Assembly: GCA_036336595.1 (NCBI GenBank)
Contig: JAYZFV010000009.1
Location: 548 to 64,547 of the forward strand
Reading direction: 5' to 3'
Source of the DNA: Thermoplasmatota archaeon
GTDB taxonomy: Archaea; Thermoplasmatota; Poseidoniia; Poseidoniales; Thalassarchaeaceae
DNA length: 64,000 nt
Below are positions 43,614 to 52,446 of the stretch, piece by piece (the stretch's first letter is position 1; each line of letters starts with the position of its first letter). The notes beneath the pieces were generated by a model that worked only from the letters and a program-made list of their open reading frames with translations, made no database searches and was not told the origin of the DNA. Both the position numbers and the translations under genes were made by a program.

Positions 43614-46297
43614 CCTTTTGCAAGGTTGCGGAGAACGGTTGGCAGAATGCCCCCGTTCCTGTAGTAATCTACCTCCACAGGGGTCTCGAGCCTGACGACG
43701 GCTTCGAAGGAGAAATCAGTGCCGTCGTCCCTCTTGGCTGTGATGCTGATCTCGGAGAACGGTGCGAGGTTTCCATTGGCTGGGATATCGAAGGCCTCCG
43801 ATCCGTCAAGACCCAGAGTCTCGGCGTTCTGGCCCTCCTTGAAGGTAAGGGGGAGGACCCCCATGCCAACTAGGTTGGATCGATGGATGCGCTCATAGGA
43901 GGTCGCGATGACGGCCCTGACGCCGAGTAGAAGGGTTCCCTTCGCTGCCCAGTCCCTGCTGCTCCCCGTCCCATACTGCGAGCCAGCGAGAACGACCAGT
44001 GGGGTTGCGTCGTCACGGTACCTGTTGCTGGCCTCATAGATCGAGGTCACCTCCCCAGAGGGGAAGTGAGTGGAGAATCCTCCCTCCGTGCCCGGGGCTA
44101 CGTGATTCCGCATCCTGATGTTAGCGAATGTGCCACGTACCATCACCTCGTGGTTGCCCCTGCGGCTCCCAAACGAGTTGAAGTCTCGCGGCTGGACCCC
44201 CTTGTCCATCAGATACTGTCCCGCTGGTCCGTGATGGGGGAATGCGCCTGCGGGGCTTATGTGGTCCGTTGTGACCGAATCGCCGACCTTGACTAGGACC
44301 CTTGCCCCTGTAATCGGCTCGATGGGCACGGGCTCGGGCTCGATTCCCTTGAGGAAGGAGGGGAGACGGACGTAGGTGGACGTGTCGTCCCAATCATAGA
44401 GGGCGCTCGACTCGCTGGGAATGGCGTCCCATCGCGGTTCGCGCAGGATGTCCGAGTATCGCGCCGTGAACATCTCCGGGCCAACAACTCTCCCTACGGT
44501 CGAGTTGATCTCCTCGTCACTGGGCCAAATGTCAGCGAGCATAACCGGGTCGCCGGATGCAGTGTGGCCGAGGGGGTCGGTCGAGAAGTCGATGTCGAGA
44601 GTGCCCGCTAGGGCGTAAGCCACCACCAAGGGCGGGCTAGCAAGGTAATTCGCCTTGACCTTCTGGTGTATCCTGCCCTCGAAGTTTCGGTTGCCGGAAA
44701 GCACGCTTCCAACGACCAAGGCCACCTCGTCAATTGCTGTCTCGATCTCCTTGTCGAGTGGGCCCGAGTTGCCGATGCAGGTGGTGCAGCCGTAACCGAC
44801 GACGCTGAAGCCCAGTGCGTTGAGGTCATCCGTGAGGCCAGCAGCGTCGTAATACTCCGTTACAACCCGACTTCCGGGGGCTAGGCTGGGCTTGACCCAA
44901 GGCTTGATCGACAGCCCCCGAGCTCGTGCGTTTCGTGCAACCAGGCCCGCGGCGATCATTACGCTCGGGTTGCTGGTGTTCGTGCAGCTCGTGATTGCGG
45001 CGATGACCACGTCGCCATGCCCCAAAATGGAGTCGCGCCCGGCGATTGCGACGCTGGCGTCGTTCTCAGAGGGTTCGACTCCGTGTCCCTGATGACCGAT
45101 AGGCGCATTCAGGCTGGACCTCCAGTGCGATTTCATCTCGGATAGGGGGACCCTGTCCTGAGGCCTCTTGGGTCCGGCCAAAGAGGGGTCGACGGTTGCA
45201 AGGTCGAGCGACAGCGATGAGGTGAACTCGGGGGTTGGGGTGGATTCGGAGTAGAAAAGTCCCTGCGCAGTGAGATAACGCCTGACGTTCTCAACGTGCG
45301 AGGGGTCACGCCCGGACAGCAACATGTAGTCGAGAGTGGTCTGATCCACGGGGAAGAAGCCGCAGGTAGCGCCGTACTCCGGGGCCATGTTGGCGATCGT
45401 CGCACGGTCGGGGAGGCTGAGGTTTGCCAGACCGGCCCCGTGGAACTCGACGAACTTGCCCACGCAGCCGTGCTCCCTAAGCATCTGTACGATTCGCAGG
45501 GTCATGTCGGTAGCTGTGACACCGGGTTGCAGTGAGCCCGTGAGATCAAATCCGACGACCTCCGGCAGCAGCATGAAGATCGGCTGACCGAGCATCACTG
45601 CTTCGGCCTCAATCCCACCAACGCCCCAGCCGAGGACCCCCAGGCCGTTGATCATCGTAGTGTGGGAGTCGGTGCCGACGAGGGTGTCCGGAACCCACAT
45701 CCCATCCTCCTCACGGGCCACGCTAGCAATCCACTCTAGGTTCACCTGGTGAACGATGCCACGCCCGGGAGGCACGGCACGGAAGTTGTCGAGACTCTGC
45801 TGGCCCCACTTGAGGAACTTGTAGCGCTCGAAGTTACGCTCATACTCGATTTCCAAGTTGCGTTCGCGGGCGTCAGGGAAGAGGCCCGAGACGTCGACCT
45901 GCACAGAGTGGTCGATCACGAGATCGACGGGGACCTGTGGGTTGACTCGAGAGGGGTCACCACCGAGCTCCAGCATGGCGTCCCTCAGCGCGGCGATGTC
46001 CACCAAAGCTGGAACACCGGTGAAGTCCTGCAGTATAACGCGGCTGGGGCTGAAGGGAATCTCCTCGGGGGACATGGCGGGTGACCAAGATGCGATGTGC
46101 CTGATGTCATCCTCACCGACGAGGAAGCCGTCGCAATTCCTGAGCACCGACTCAAGCAGTACCCTGATGGTGAAGGGGAGATCGTCCAATTTGCAGATTC
46201 CTACGCCCTCAAGGGCGTTGAGGTCCATGAAGGAAGCAGTGGAGCCATCGGATTTTTCGAAGGTGGAGAGCGCTCCGAATGGGTCGATTGGAGACAT
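43610..46297 (-). CDS. acnA: Aconitate hydratase (AcnA/IRP type)
   Basis: Fe-S ligand regions SCTNTSNP and GCTTCIGNSGP, with the full-length four-domain layout. ATG at 46297; the ORF-track start at 46315 is TTG. Confidence 0.92.
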   Translation of the reverse strand: MSPIDPFGALSTFEKSDGSTASFMDLNALEGVGICKLDDLPFTIRVLLESVLRNCDGFLVGEDDIRHIASWSPAMSPEEIPFSPSRVILQDFTGVPALVDIAALRDAMLELGGDPSRVNPQVPVDLVIDHSVQVDVSGLFPDARERNLEIEYERNFERYKFLKWGQQSLDNFRAVPPGRGIVHQVNLEWIASVAREEDGMWVPDTLVGTDSHTTMINGLGVLGWGVGGIEAEAVMLGQPIFMLLPEVVGFDLTGSLQPGVTATDMTLRIVQMLREHGCVGKFVEFHGAGLANLSLPDRATIANMAPEYGATCGFFPVDQTTLDYMLLSGRDPSHVENVRRYLTAQGLFYSESTPTPEFTSSLSLDLATVDPSLAGPKRPQDRVPLSEMKSHWRSSLNAPIGHQGHGVEPSENDASVAIAGRDSILGHGDVVIAAITSCTNTSNPSVMIAAGLVARNARARGLSIKPWVKPSLAPGSRVVTEYYDAAGLTDDLNALGFSVVGYGCTTCIGNSGPLDKEIETAIDEVALVVGSVLSGNRNFEGRIHQKVKANYLASPPLVVAYALAGTLDIDFSTDPLGHTASGDPVMLADIWPSDEEINSTVGRVVGPEMFTARYSDILREPRWDAIPSESSALYDWDDTSTYVRLPSFLKGIEPEPVPIEPITGARVLVKVGDSVTTDHISPAGAFPHHGPAGQYLMDKGVQPRDFNSFGSRRGNHEVMVRGTFANIRMRNHVAPGTEGGFSTHFPSGEVTSIYEASNRYRDDATPLVVLAGSQYGTGSSRDWAAKGTLLLGVRAVIATSYERIHRSNLVGMGVLPLTFKEGQNAETLGLDGSEAFDIPANGNLAPFSEISITAKRDDGTDFSFEAVVRLETPVEVDYYRNGGILPTVLRNLAKG

Positions 46298-46368
46298 CCA
46301 GCCACCTGTCAACAACCCTCTGGGCGTGGTACATGAAGTTGACCGTTAGCCCACGTGTGGGTCGGGGA

Positions 46369-47403
46369 CTATGCCGTTAGATGGGCCATCAACAGACGGA
46401 CTGGTTCGACGGGGACGTTGTTGGCATCGGTGGGGACCTCGCTCATCGCATTGACGTGCTCCATACCGGATATCACATATCCGAATACCGTGTGGCAGGA
46501 CTCCTGGGAGCAATCTTTGCCCTCCTCCCAATCCAGGTGAGATGCCTGGCCGTCGTCAGGCACGATGTAGAACTGGCTGCCGTCGGTATTGAGGCCGGCG
46601 TGAGCAGCGGCGATCGCCCCCGCTGTGTGCTTGAGGCCATTCTCATGTTCGTATGGTATCGACCAGTCCTCCAAGGAGCACTGATCAACAGGAACCTCCC
46701 GACCGTCGCACCAGCCGTAGTAGTGGGCGGAGTAACCTCCCCTGCCCTGTTGATTCTCGATGTCCCCCCCTTGTATCATGAAGTCACCAATGATCCTGTG
46801 GAACTCGGTGAAGTCGTACCGGAAGTCCTCTACGTGGGAGACGAAGCTCTCCACGTGCAGTGGAGCATCGCTCTGGTAGAGCTCTATCTCAATCTCGCCC
46901 TTCACATCCTGGCCGTCAACGGAGTATGTCACCTCAATGATGACAATCGGGTTGAGCTCATCCTCGGCGAGGAAGTCTGCCACGACCTTGAACGAGACCA
47001 GTACCAGAATGAGCGAAGCCAACATTGCGAACAGGCCTAGGGGGGTGGGGTTTCCTTCATCGAACATCTGGAGCCCGAGCCCAAGAGAGATGGCCTGCTC
47101 GTCCATCATCGATGCGAGTTTGTTCATCCTCCTGCGAGTCTCCTTGTTTTTGGGGTCGAAAGCCAGTGCCTTGGAGTAATCCTTGTGAGCCTTCTGCCAG
47201 TGGCGCTTCTGGTTTGGCTCGTCGATTCGCCCCAACTCCGTATTGGCATCTGCAGCGTATCTCAGGGTCCTAGACTCCTGCGCCTTATTCTCTGCGAGAG
47301 GCCAAGCGGATCTAAGGACGCTGAGGGCTTCCTCCGGCTCTTCGTTCTCGGTCAGCTCGATGGCATTGTCCCAAGCCTTCTGCAGCTCCTCGGGTATGGG
47401 CAT
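46369..47403 (-). CDS. Membrane-anchored TPR-cyclophilin fusion (peptidyl-prolyl cis-trans isomerase)
   Basis: N-terminal TPR-like helices, the TM LGLFAMLASLILVLVSFKVV, then a cyclophilin core FHRIIGDFMIQGGD...GSQFYIV. Confidence 0.85.
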   Translation of the reverse strand: MPIPEELQKAWDNAIELTENEEPEEALSVLRSAWPLAENKAQESRTLRYAADANTELGRIDEPNQKRHWQKAHKDYSKALAFDPKNKETRRRMNKLASMMDEQAISLGLGLQMFDEGNPTPLGLFAMLASLILVLVSFKVVADFLAEDELNPIVIIEVTYSVDGQDVKGEIEIELYQSDAPLHVESFVSHVEDFRYDFTEFHRIIGDFMIQGGDIENQQGRGGYSAHYYGWCDGREVPVDQCSLEDWSIPYEHENGLKHTAGAIAAAHAGLNTDGSQFYIVPDDGQASHLDWEEGKDCSQESCHTVFGYVISGMEHVNAMSEVPTDANNVPVEPVRLLMAHLTA

Positions 47404-47469
47404 CGGCTGGCCGACCGCGCCATCATTGAAAATTACAACGGATGACCGGCAGGGGAGAAAACGAGGGTT

Positions 47470-47481
47470 TTACCATGGTAA
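47470..47481. promoter_or_regulatory. 12-bp perfect palindrome TTACCATGGTAA in the cyclophilin / korA divergent intergenic region
   Basis: Read directly from the sequence. It is flanked by GGGTT...CCC, giving a near 20-nt palindrome. Confidence 0.4.
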
Positions 47482-47562
47482 CCCATAAGACCCCCGCTCA
47501 ATGCCATATCCCCTGAGAGCGGACCGGTGGAGGGTGACTCAGCGCTGGGGACAACGAAAGCA

Positions 47563-49350
47563 ATGGGAAAGACCGTCAACGATTTCGTCATTAACATCGC
47601 AACCGCAAATGGCACTGGGTCGCAGTCATCCAACCTCACACTATTGCACTCGATGTTCGAGATGGGCGTGCCAGTCAGCGGCAAGAACCTCTTCCCGAGC
47701 AACATCTCCGGGCTGCCCACTTGGTTCATCATCAGGGCCAGCGATGCGGGTTACCAGGCTCCCGGCGACAAGACCGACATCCAAGTGATCATGAACAAGG
47801 ACACCTGGCTGGAGGACCAGGAGAAGGCCGAGCCTGGGACGATAATTGTCTACAACGAGGACGTCAAGCTCCCGATGGAGCGCGACGACTGCGTCCTCCT
47901 GGGCATGCCGATGACCAAGATGGCAAGGGGAATCAACCCCAAACTAGCACGACTAATGGCCAATATGTACTACGTCGGAGCTCTCGCCCACCTCCTCGAC
48001 ATCGAAGAAAGCGCGATTGCGGGGGCGATATCGAGCCAGTTCAAGGGCAAGGAGAAGGCGATTGAGTTCAACATGCGCGCCATATCGGAGGGCAGGGCCT
48101 ATGCCGAGGAGAACTGGGACTTCGAGTGCCACCTATCCGTCGAGGCACGGGACAAGGACCCAGACACCTTCCTCGTCGAGGGCAACGATGCGACGGCCCT
48201 AGGCGCGATCTACGGCGGGATCAACTTGCTCTCGTGGTACCCGATAACACCCTCGTCATCCCTAGCCGAGTCAGTCATCGGCTGGCTTCCGGAGCTCCGG
48301 ACCGACGGCAACGGGGGCTCGACCTGCGCGGTCGTCCAAGCCGAGGACGAGATTGCCGCCGCGGGGATGGTGGTAGGGACCGGGTGGGCCGGCGGAAGGG
48401 GCATGACGTGCACCAGCGGCCCGGGAATCTCGCTAATGTCGGAGTTCATCGGGCTTTCATACTTCTCCGAGGTGCCAGGCGTCATCTGGGACATCAACCG
48501 TGTGGGACCGTCGACGGGATTGCCGACACGGACCCAGCAGGGTGACCTGTCGATGCTCTACGAGGCGAGCCATGGGGACACCCAGCACATAGTGCTCATC
48601 CCCGGCACGGTGGACGAGTGCTTCGAGTACGGCTGGCGCGCCTTCGACTACGCCGAGCGGTTCCAGACCCTGGTCTTCGGCTTCGGCGACCTCGACCTCG
48701 GGATGAACCGCTGGGCGACCTCCGGTTTCCAATACCCCGACGAGGCGATGGACCGCGGGAAGGTCATCCGCACCCAGAAGGAGATGGATGCCATACCTAA
48801 CTACGGCCGGTACAGGGACGTCGACGGCGATGGCATCCCGTACAGGACCCTGCCCGGAAGCGGCCTCGACCCGATCCTGTACCGAGGGACGGGGCACGAC
48901 GAGGACGGGGTCTACTCGGAGGACCCGCAGGTGTACAGGGACACGATGGTACGCCTGCGGAAGAAGATCGACGGGGCACGCGAGCACCTTCCGGCACCGG
49001 TCATCCGCGAGGAGGAGAAGAAGGAGGTCGGCATTGTCTTCTACGGCTCGATGGAAAACACGATAGTCGAGATCGACGACTTGCTCGAGGCCACCGGCCT
49101 CTCGGTCAGCACCTGCCGCGTGAGGGCCCTCCCAGTCCATCCCGAGGTCGAGGCCTTCATCGACCGTCACGAGACCAACATAATACTAGAGATAAACCGC
49201 GACGGGCAGCTCTACGGCATCCTGCGCAGGGAGATCCCAATCAAGCTGGTGCCGAAGCTGCACAGCGTCGCCTACAGCGACGGGCTGCCGCCGAGGGCGC
49301 GCGTGTACGCGGGAAGAATCCTCGAGACACTGCGGGAGGTGGCCGCATGA
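47563..49350 (+). CDS. korA: 2-oxoacid:ferredoxin oxidoreductase alpha subunit (fused gamma-alpha type)
   Basis: Gamma-domain start FVINIATANGTGSQSSN followed by the alpha domain (EGNDATALGAIYGG, ITPSS). ATG at 47563; a GTG at 47527 is also possible. Confidence 0.85.
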   Translation: MGKTVNDFVINIATANGTGSQSSNLTLLHSMFEMGVPVSGKNLFPSNISGLPTWFIIRASDAGYQAPGDKTDIQVIMNKDTWLEDQEKAEPGTIIVYNEDVKLPMERDDCVLLGMPMTKMARGINPKLARLMANMYYVGALAHLLDIEESAIAGAISSQFKGKEKAIEFNMRAISEGRAYAEENWDFECHLSVEARDKDPDTFLVEGNDATALGAIYGGINLLSWYPITPSSSLAESVIGWLPELRTDGNGGSTCAVVQAEDEIAAAGMVVGTGWAGGRGMTCTSGPGISLMSEFIGLSYFSEVPGVIWDINRVGPSTGLPTRTQQGDLSMLYEASHGDTQHIVLIPGTVDECFEYGWRAFDYAERFQTLVFGFGDLDLGMNRWATSGFQYPDEAMDRGKVIRTQKEMDAIPNYGRYRDVDGDGIPYRTLPGSGLDPILYRGTGHDEDGVYSEDPQVYRDTMVRLRKKIDGAREHLPAPVIREEEKKEVGIVFYGSMENTIVEIDDLLEATGLSVSTCRVRALPVHPEVEAFIDRHETNIILEINRDGQLYGILRREIPIKLVPKLHSVAYSDGLPPRARVYAGRILETLREVAA

Positions 49351-50381
49351 CCGCGATGAAGCTGAACGTGATCGAACTCGAGAAGTCCGAATACACCGGG
49401 GGCAAGTCCTCGATGTGCCCGGGGTGCGGCCACGACCAAATCTCGAACGTGATCATCCAGGCCGCCTGGGAGAACGGGATCGAGCCCCAAGGCATCGCGA
49501 AGATGAGCGGCATCGGGTGCTCCTCGAAGACGCCCGCATACTTCCTCGGCAACAGCCACGGCTTCAACACCGTTCACGGCCGGATGCCCTCGGTGACCAC
49601 CGGCGCCAACATGGCCAACAAGGACCTGTCATTCATCGCGGTCTCGGGGGACGGCGACACCGCCAGCATAGGCATGGGGCAGTTCGTTCACGCCATCCGC
49701 AGGAACGTGGACATGGTGTACATCATCGAGAACAACGGCGTCTACGGCCTGACCAAGGGGCAATACAGCGCCACGGTTGAGAAGGGCTCCAAGAAGAAGA
49801 AGGGCACTGTCAACGAGCAGCCGCCCATCGACCTGTGTGCCATGGCCATCAACCTCGGGTGCGGCTTCGTCGCTCGCTCCTTCTCGGGCAGCAAGAAGCA
49901 GCTTACTGCACTGGTGCGAGCGGCCATGAGCCACAGGGGGATGGCAATCCTCGACATCATATCCCCCTGCGTGACCTTCGCCAACAACGACGAGTCGTAC
50001 CGCTCCTACAACTACGTCAAGGGAAACGACGAGGTCCTCCACATCCTCGACTACATCCCGCACTTCTCCCCCATAGAGGAAGTCGACATCCCCGAGGGCG
50101 AGTACCAGGAGATCCAGCTCTTCGACGGCTCCACGCTCAGGCTGGAGACTGTGGGCTCTGACCACGACCCGAGCGACGTCGTCTCAGCGCTCAGCGCCAT
50201 ACACGAGGCCGAGAAGGGCGGCCGCCACGTGACCGGTCTGCTGTACTACGACCCAGGCGTTCCGACGGCAACCGACGCGCTGGGGCTGGCCGACACCCCT
50301 CTGATGGCCCTGACAGAGGACCAGATGCGCCCCAGCAGGGAGAGCCTGGAGCGCGTGAACGCCGGCTTCAGAACCACATGA
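49347..50381 (+). CDS. korB: 2-oxoacid:ferredoxin oxidoreductase beta subunit (TPP-binding)
   Basis: CPGCGH Cys motif and SGDGD...GMGQ TPP-binding motif. ATGA overlap with korA. Confidence 0.9.
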   Translation: MTAMKLNVIELEKSEYTGGKSSMCPGCGHDQISNVIIQAAWENGIEPQGIAKMSGIGCSSKTPAYFLGNSHGFNTVHGRMPSVTTGANMANKDLSFIAVSGDGDTASIGMGQFVHAIRRNVDMVYIIENNGVYGLTKGQYSATVEKGSKKKKGTVNEQPPIDLCAMAINLGCGFVARSFSGSKKQLTALVRAAMSHRGMAILDIISPCVTFANNDESYRSYNYVKGNDEVLHILDYIPHFSPIEEVDIPEGEYQEIQLFDGSTLRLETVGSDHDPSDVVSALSAIHEAEKGGRHVTGLLYYDPGVPTATDALGLADTPLMALTEDQMRPSRESLERVNAGFRTT

Positions 50382-50439
50382 GCGACCGCACAGAGCGCTC
50401 GGGTTTCTTGAAATATCCAGCCCGTCTCCGTGCGCTGCC

Positions 50440-50515
50440 AGTCCCTTAGTGTAGCGGTCCATCATACGAGACTCTGGATCTCGTGACCCTGGTTCGAATC
50501 CGGGAGGGACTACCA
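50440..50515 (+). tRNA. tRNA-Gln (anticodon CTG), encoded CCA
   Basis: AGTCCCTTAGTGTAGCGGTCCATCATACGAGACTCTGGATCTCGTGACCCTGGTTCGAATCCGGGAGGGACTACCA folds as a cloverleaf. The acceptor stem pairs AGTCCCT with AGGGACT, the anticodon loop is CTCTGGA and the T-loop is TTCGAAT. Confidence 0.9.
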
Positions 50516-50566
50516 ATCGCCTCGTTCCCCGAAATAACCATTGTTAGTTGGTGACTTCAGCGAATA

Positions 50567-51298
50567 ATGGAGCCCCTCTTCCTCCTCGCTTGCCTCGGGG
50601 CATTCTTTGCTGCAGCTCTAACCGTGCCCGCAGGCTTCGGCCTCTCGACAATGCTGACTCCGATCGTCCTCCTCCTAATGGGGCCTCACGAAGCGGTGGC
50701 CGTCGTTGCAGTGGTGCACGGTGCACACAATGCGGGGAAATATCTGGCGTTGCGTGAGAGCGTCGATGTCTCCGCATTCAAACACTACGGCATCTGGTTG
50801 GTCATCGGTGCCGTCCTCGGTGCCTTATTGCAAAATCAGGTACCGCAGGACCCGCTTCTTGCCATAATCGGCCTCTTCCTCGTTCTCCTACCACTCTTGT
50901 CCCTAAGCGAGTCGTGGACAGGGTATAGGATTCCAGAGGCCAACGACCGAGTTGGGGGCTTCGCGTCCGGGTTCATGGGGGGCCTCTCTGGGCATCAGGG
51001 TGCCCTGCGGGCGATGTTCCTTACACGGCGATTGACGGACAAGATGGCCTACGCTGCAACGGCGAGCGTGCTCGCTTTGTGCGTGGACGCCTCGCGGGTT
51101 CCAGTCTACCTCATTTTCCGTTTCGACGAAACTGTAGCACATGCACAGCTCACGGCGTTCCTCGTAGTTGCCGCCTTGCTTGGCGTTCGGGTGGGGAAGC
51201 GGTGGTTGGAGTCCATGAAATCGGAGTGGGTACACAACTTCGTGACGGTGGGAATCGTTGCCAGTGGGGTCTTCTATCTCTTTGAGGCGCTTACGTGA
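50567..51298 (+). CDS. TauE/SafE (TSUP) family anion exporter-like membrane protein
   Basis: 243 aa with about 7-8 TMs. N-terminal AGFGLSTMLTPIVLLL and an internal GFMGGLSGHQGALR repeat motif are typical of the family. Confidence 0.7.
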   Translation: MEPLFLLACLGAFFAAALTVPAGFGLSTMLTPIVLLLMGPHEAVAVVAVVHGAHNAGKYLALRESVDVSAFKHYGIWLVIGAVLGALLQNQVPQDPLLAIIGLFLVLLPLLSLSESWTGYRIPEANDRVGGFASGFMGGLSGHQGALRAMFLTRRLTDKMAYAATASVLALCVDASRVPVYLIFRFDETVAHAQLTAFLVVAALLGVRVGKRWLESMKSEWVHNFVTVGIVASGVFYLFEALT

Positions 51299-51344
51299 CA
51301 GCAGGGTGGTACTAGGGTTCAGGCCCCCTTCCCACCAAGATGCC

Positions 51345-51524
51345 TCAGAGGGACTGGTAGAGGAGCTGCGAAACCCAACTCACCATCATTACGATCATGA
51401 ACCAGCCCAAGGCGGTCTTGGCCCATCCGGTTGGCTCCCTCTTTGGCGGGAACGGGTCTATCCCGACGTCAATTGCATCAGCGATGATCTTGAGCTCTTC
51501 CTCGATGGTCTCTGGTGGCTTCAT
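51345..51524 (-). CDS. Possible small (59 aa) C-tail-anchored membrane protein
   Basis: An ATG at 51524, 5 nt after the AKR stop, encodes MKPPETIEEELKIIADAIDVGIDPFPPKREPTGWAKTALGWFMIVMMVSWVSQLLYQSL. This is the only non-overlapping part of ORF 51345..51971. Confidence 0.35.
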   Translation of the reverse strand: MKPPETIEEELKIIADAIDVGIDPFPPKREPTGWAKTALGWFMIVMMVSWVSQLLYQSL

Positions 51525-51529
51525 CGGCC

Positions 51530-52378
51530 TCACGGCTCCGAGGTCGGGTCCCAGCCTGAGACGTAAGACTCCTCGAGCGCGGCGAAGGCCTCCTCGGTTC
51601 CCGACAAATCCACCTCCAGCGCGGCTATGTTCTCCGATATCCTGGCTGGGTTGCTGGACTTCGGTATCGTAATCGCGCCCGCGTCCAAGCACCACTTGAT
51701 CGCCGCTTGCGCGGGCGTGCACCCGAGCGATGCGGCGATCTCGGTGATCCCTCTCTCGGAGATCTTGTGTCCTCGGGCCAGCGGGGAGTAGGCCATCACT
51801 TTCGCTCCCACCCCCTCGGTAGCCGCACGCAGGGCCGGGCGCTGGAGCCACGGGTTGACCTCGATCTGGTTGACGGAAGGCATCACGCTGGCGTAGGACA
51901 GCATGGCGTCGAGGTGGTGCGCGCCGTAGTTGCTGACCCCGATGGAGCGCGTCCACCCGTTGGACAGGCACTCCTCCATGCCCTGCCAGACCGGAGCCCT
52001 CGCATTGGGGTCCTTCGGAGGTGAGTGCACCAGGTAGAGGTCCATCTGTTCGAGGCCGAGGTTCTCGAGGCTCTCCTGGCAGCGCTGGATGGTGTCCTCG
52101 TAGCCAGTGGCATGGGGGGTTCTGAGCTTGGTCACGATGAACAGGTCTTCCCGGGGGAGGGCGGATTCACGAATCGCTTCGCCGACCTCGTCCTCGTTGC
52201 CGTAGGCCATCGCCGTGTCGATCATCCTGTAGCCCTGCTCGAGCGCGTATAGCACGGAGGCCTTGCACTCGCCGGGCTCGCCCATCAGGTAGACGCCTAG
52301 GCCGAACCTCGGCATCTCGGCCTGATGCAGTCCCTCGCCCGTGCTGGTGCTGGTGTTCGCTATGGTTAACGAGTCCAT
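51530..52378 (-). CDS. Aldo/keto reductase
   Basis: AKR motifs IDTAMAYGNE, LFIVTKL, DLYLVHSP, SIGVSNY and IPKSSNPARI. The likely ATG is at 52378; the ORF extends to 52438. Confidence 0.85.
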   Translation of the reverse strand: MDSLTIANTSTSTGEGLHQAEMPRFGLGVYLMGEPGECKASVLYALEQGYRMIDTAMAYGNEDEVGEAIRESALPREDLFIVTKLRTPHATGYEDTIQRCQESLENLGLEQMDLYLVHSPPKDPNARAPVWQGMEECLSNGWTRSIGVSNYGAHHLDAMLSYASVMPSVNQIEVNPWLQRPALRAATEGVGAKVMAYSPLARGHKISERGITEIAASLGCTPAQAAIKWCLDAGAITIPKSSNPARISENIAALEVDLSGTEEAFAALEESYVSGWDPTSEP

Positions 52379-52446
52379 GCCCTGCGAAGGGTAGATTACG
52401 TATTCAACCGTTATTGTAGCGAGGTTGAAGCGGCACACCTCGTCGA

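Noticed and set aside
51345-51971. 208-aa minus-strand ORF overlapping the aldo/keto reductase gene
   Set aside because: Its 5' two-thirds overlap the AKR gene in another frame and translate to Arg/Gly/Pro-rich nonsense. Only the last 59 codons (51345-51524) are non-overlapping and plausible.
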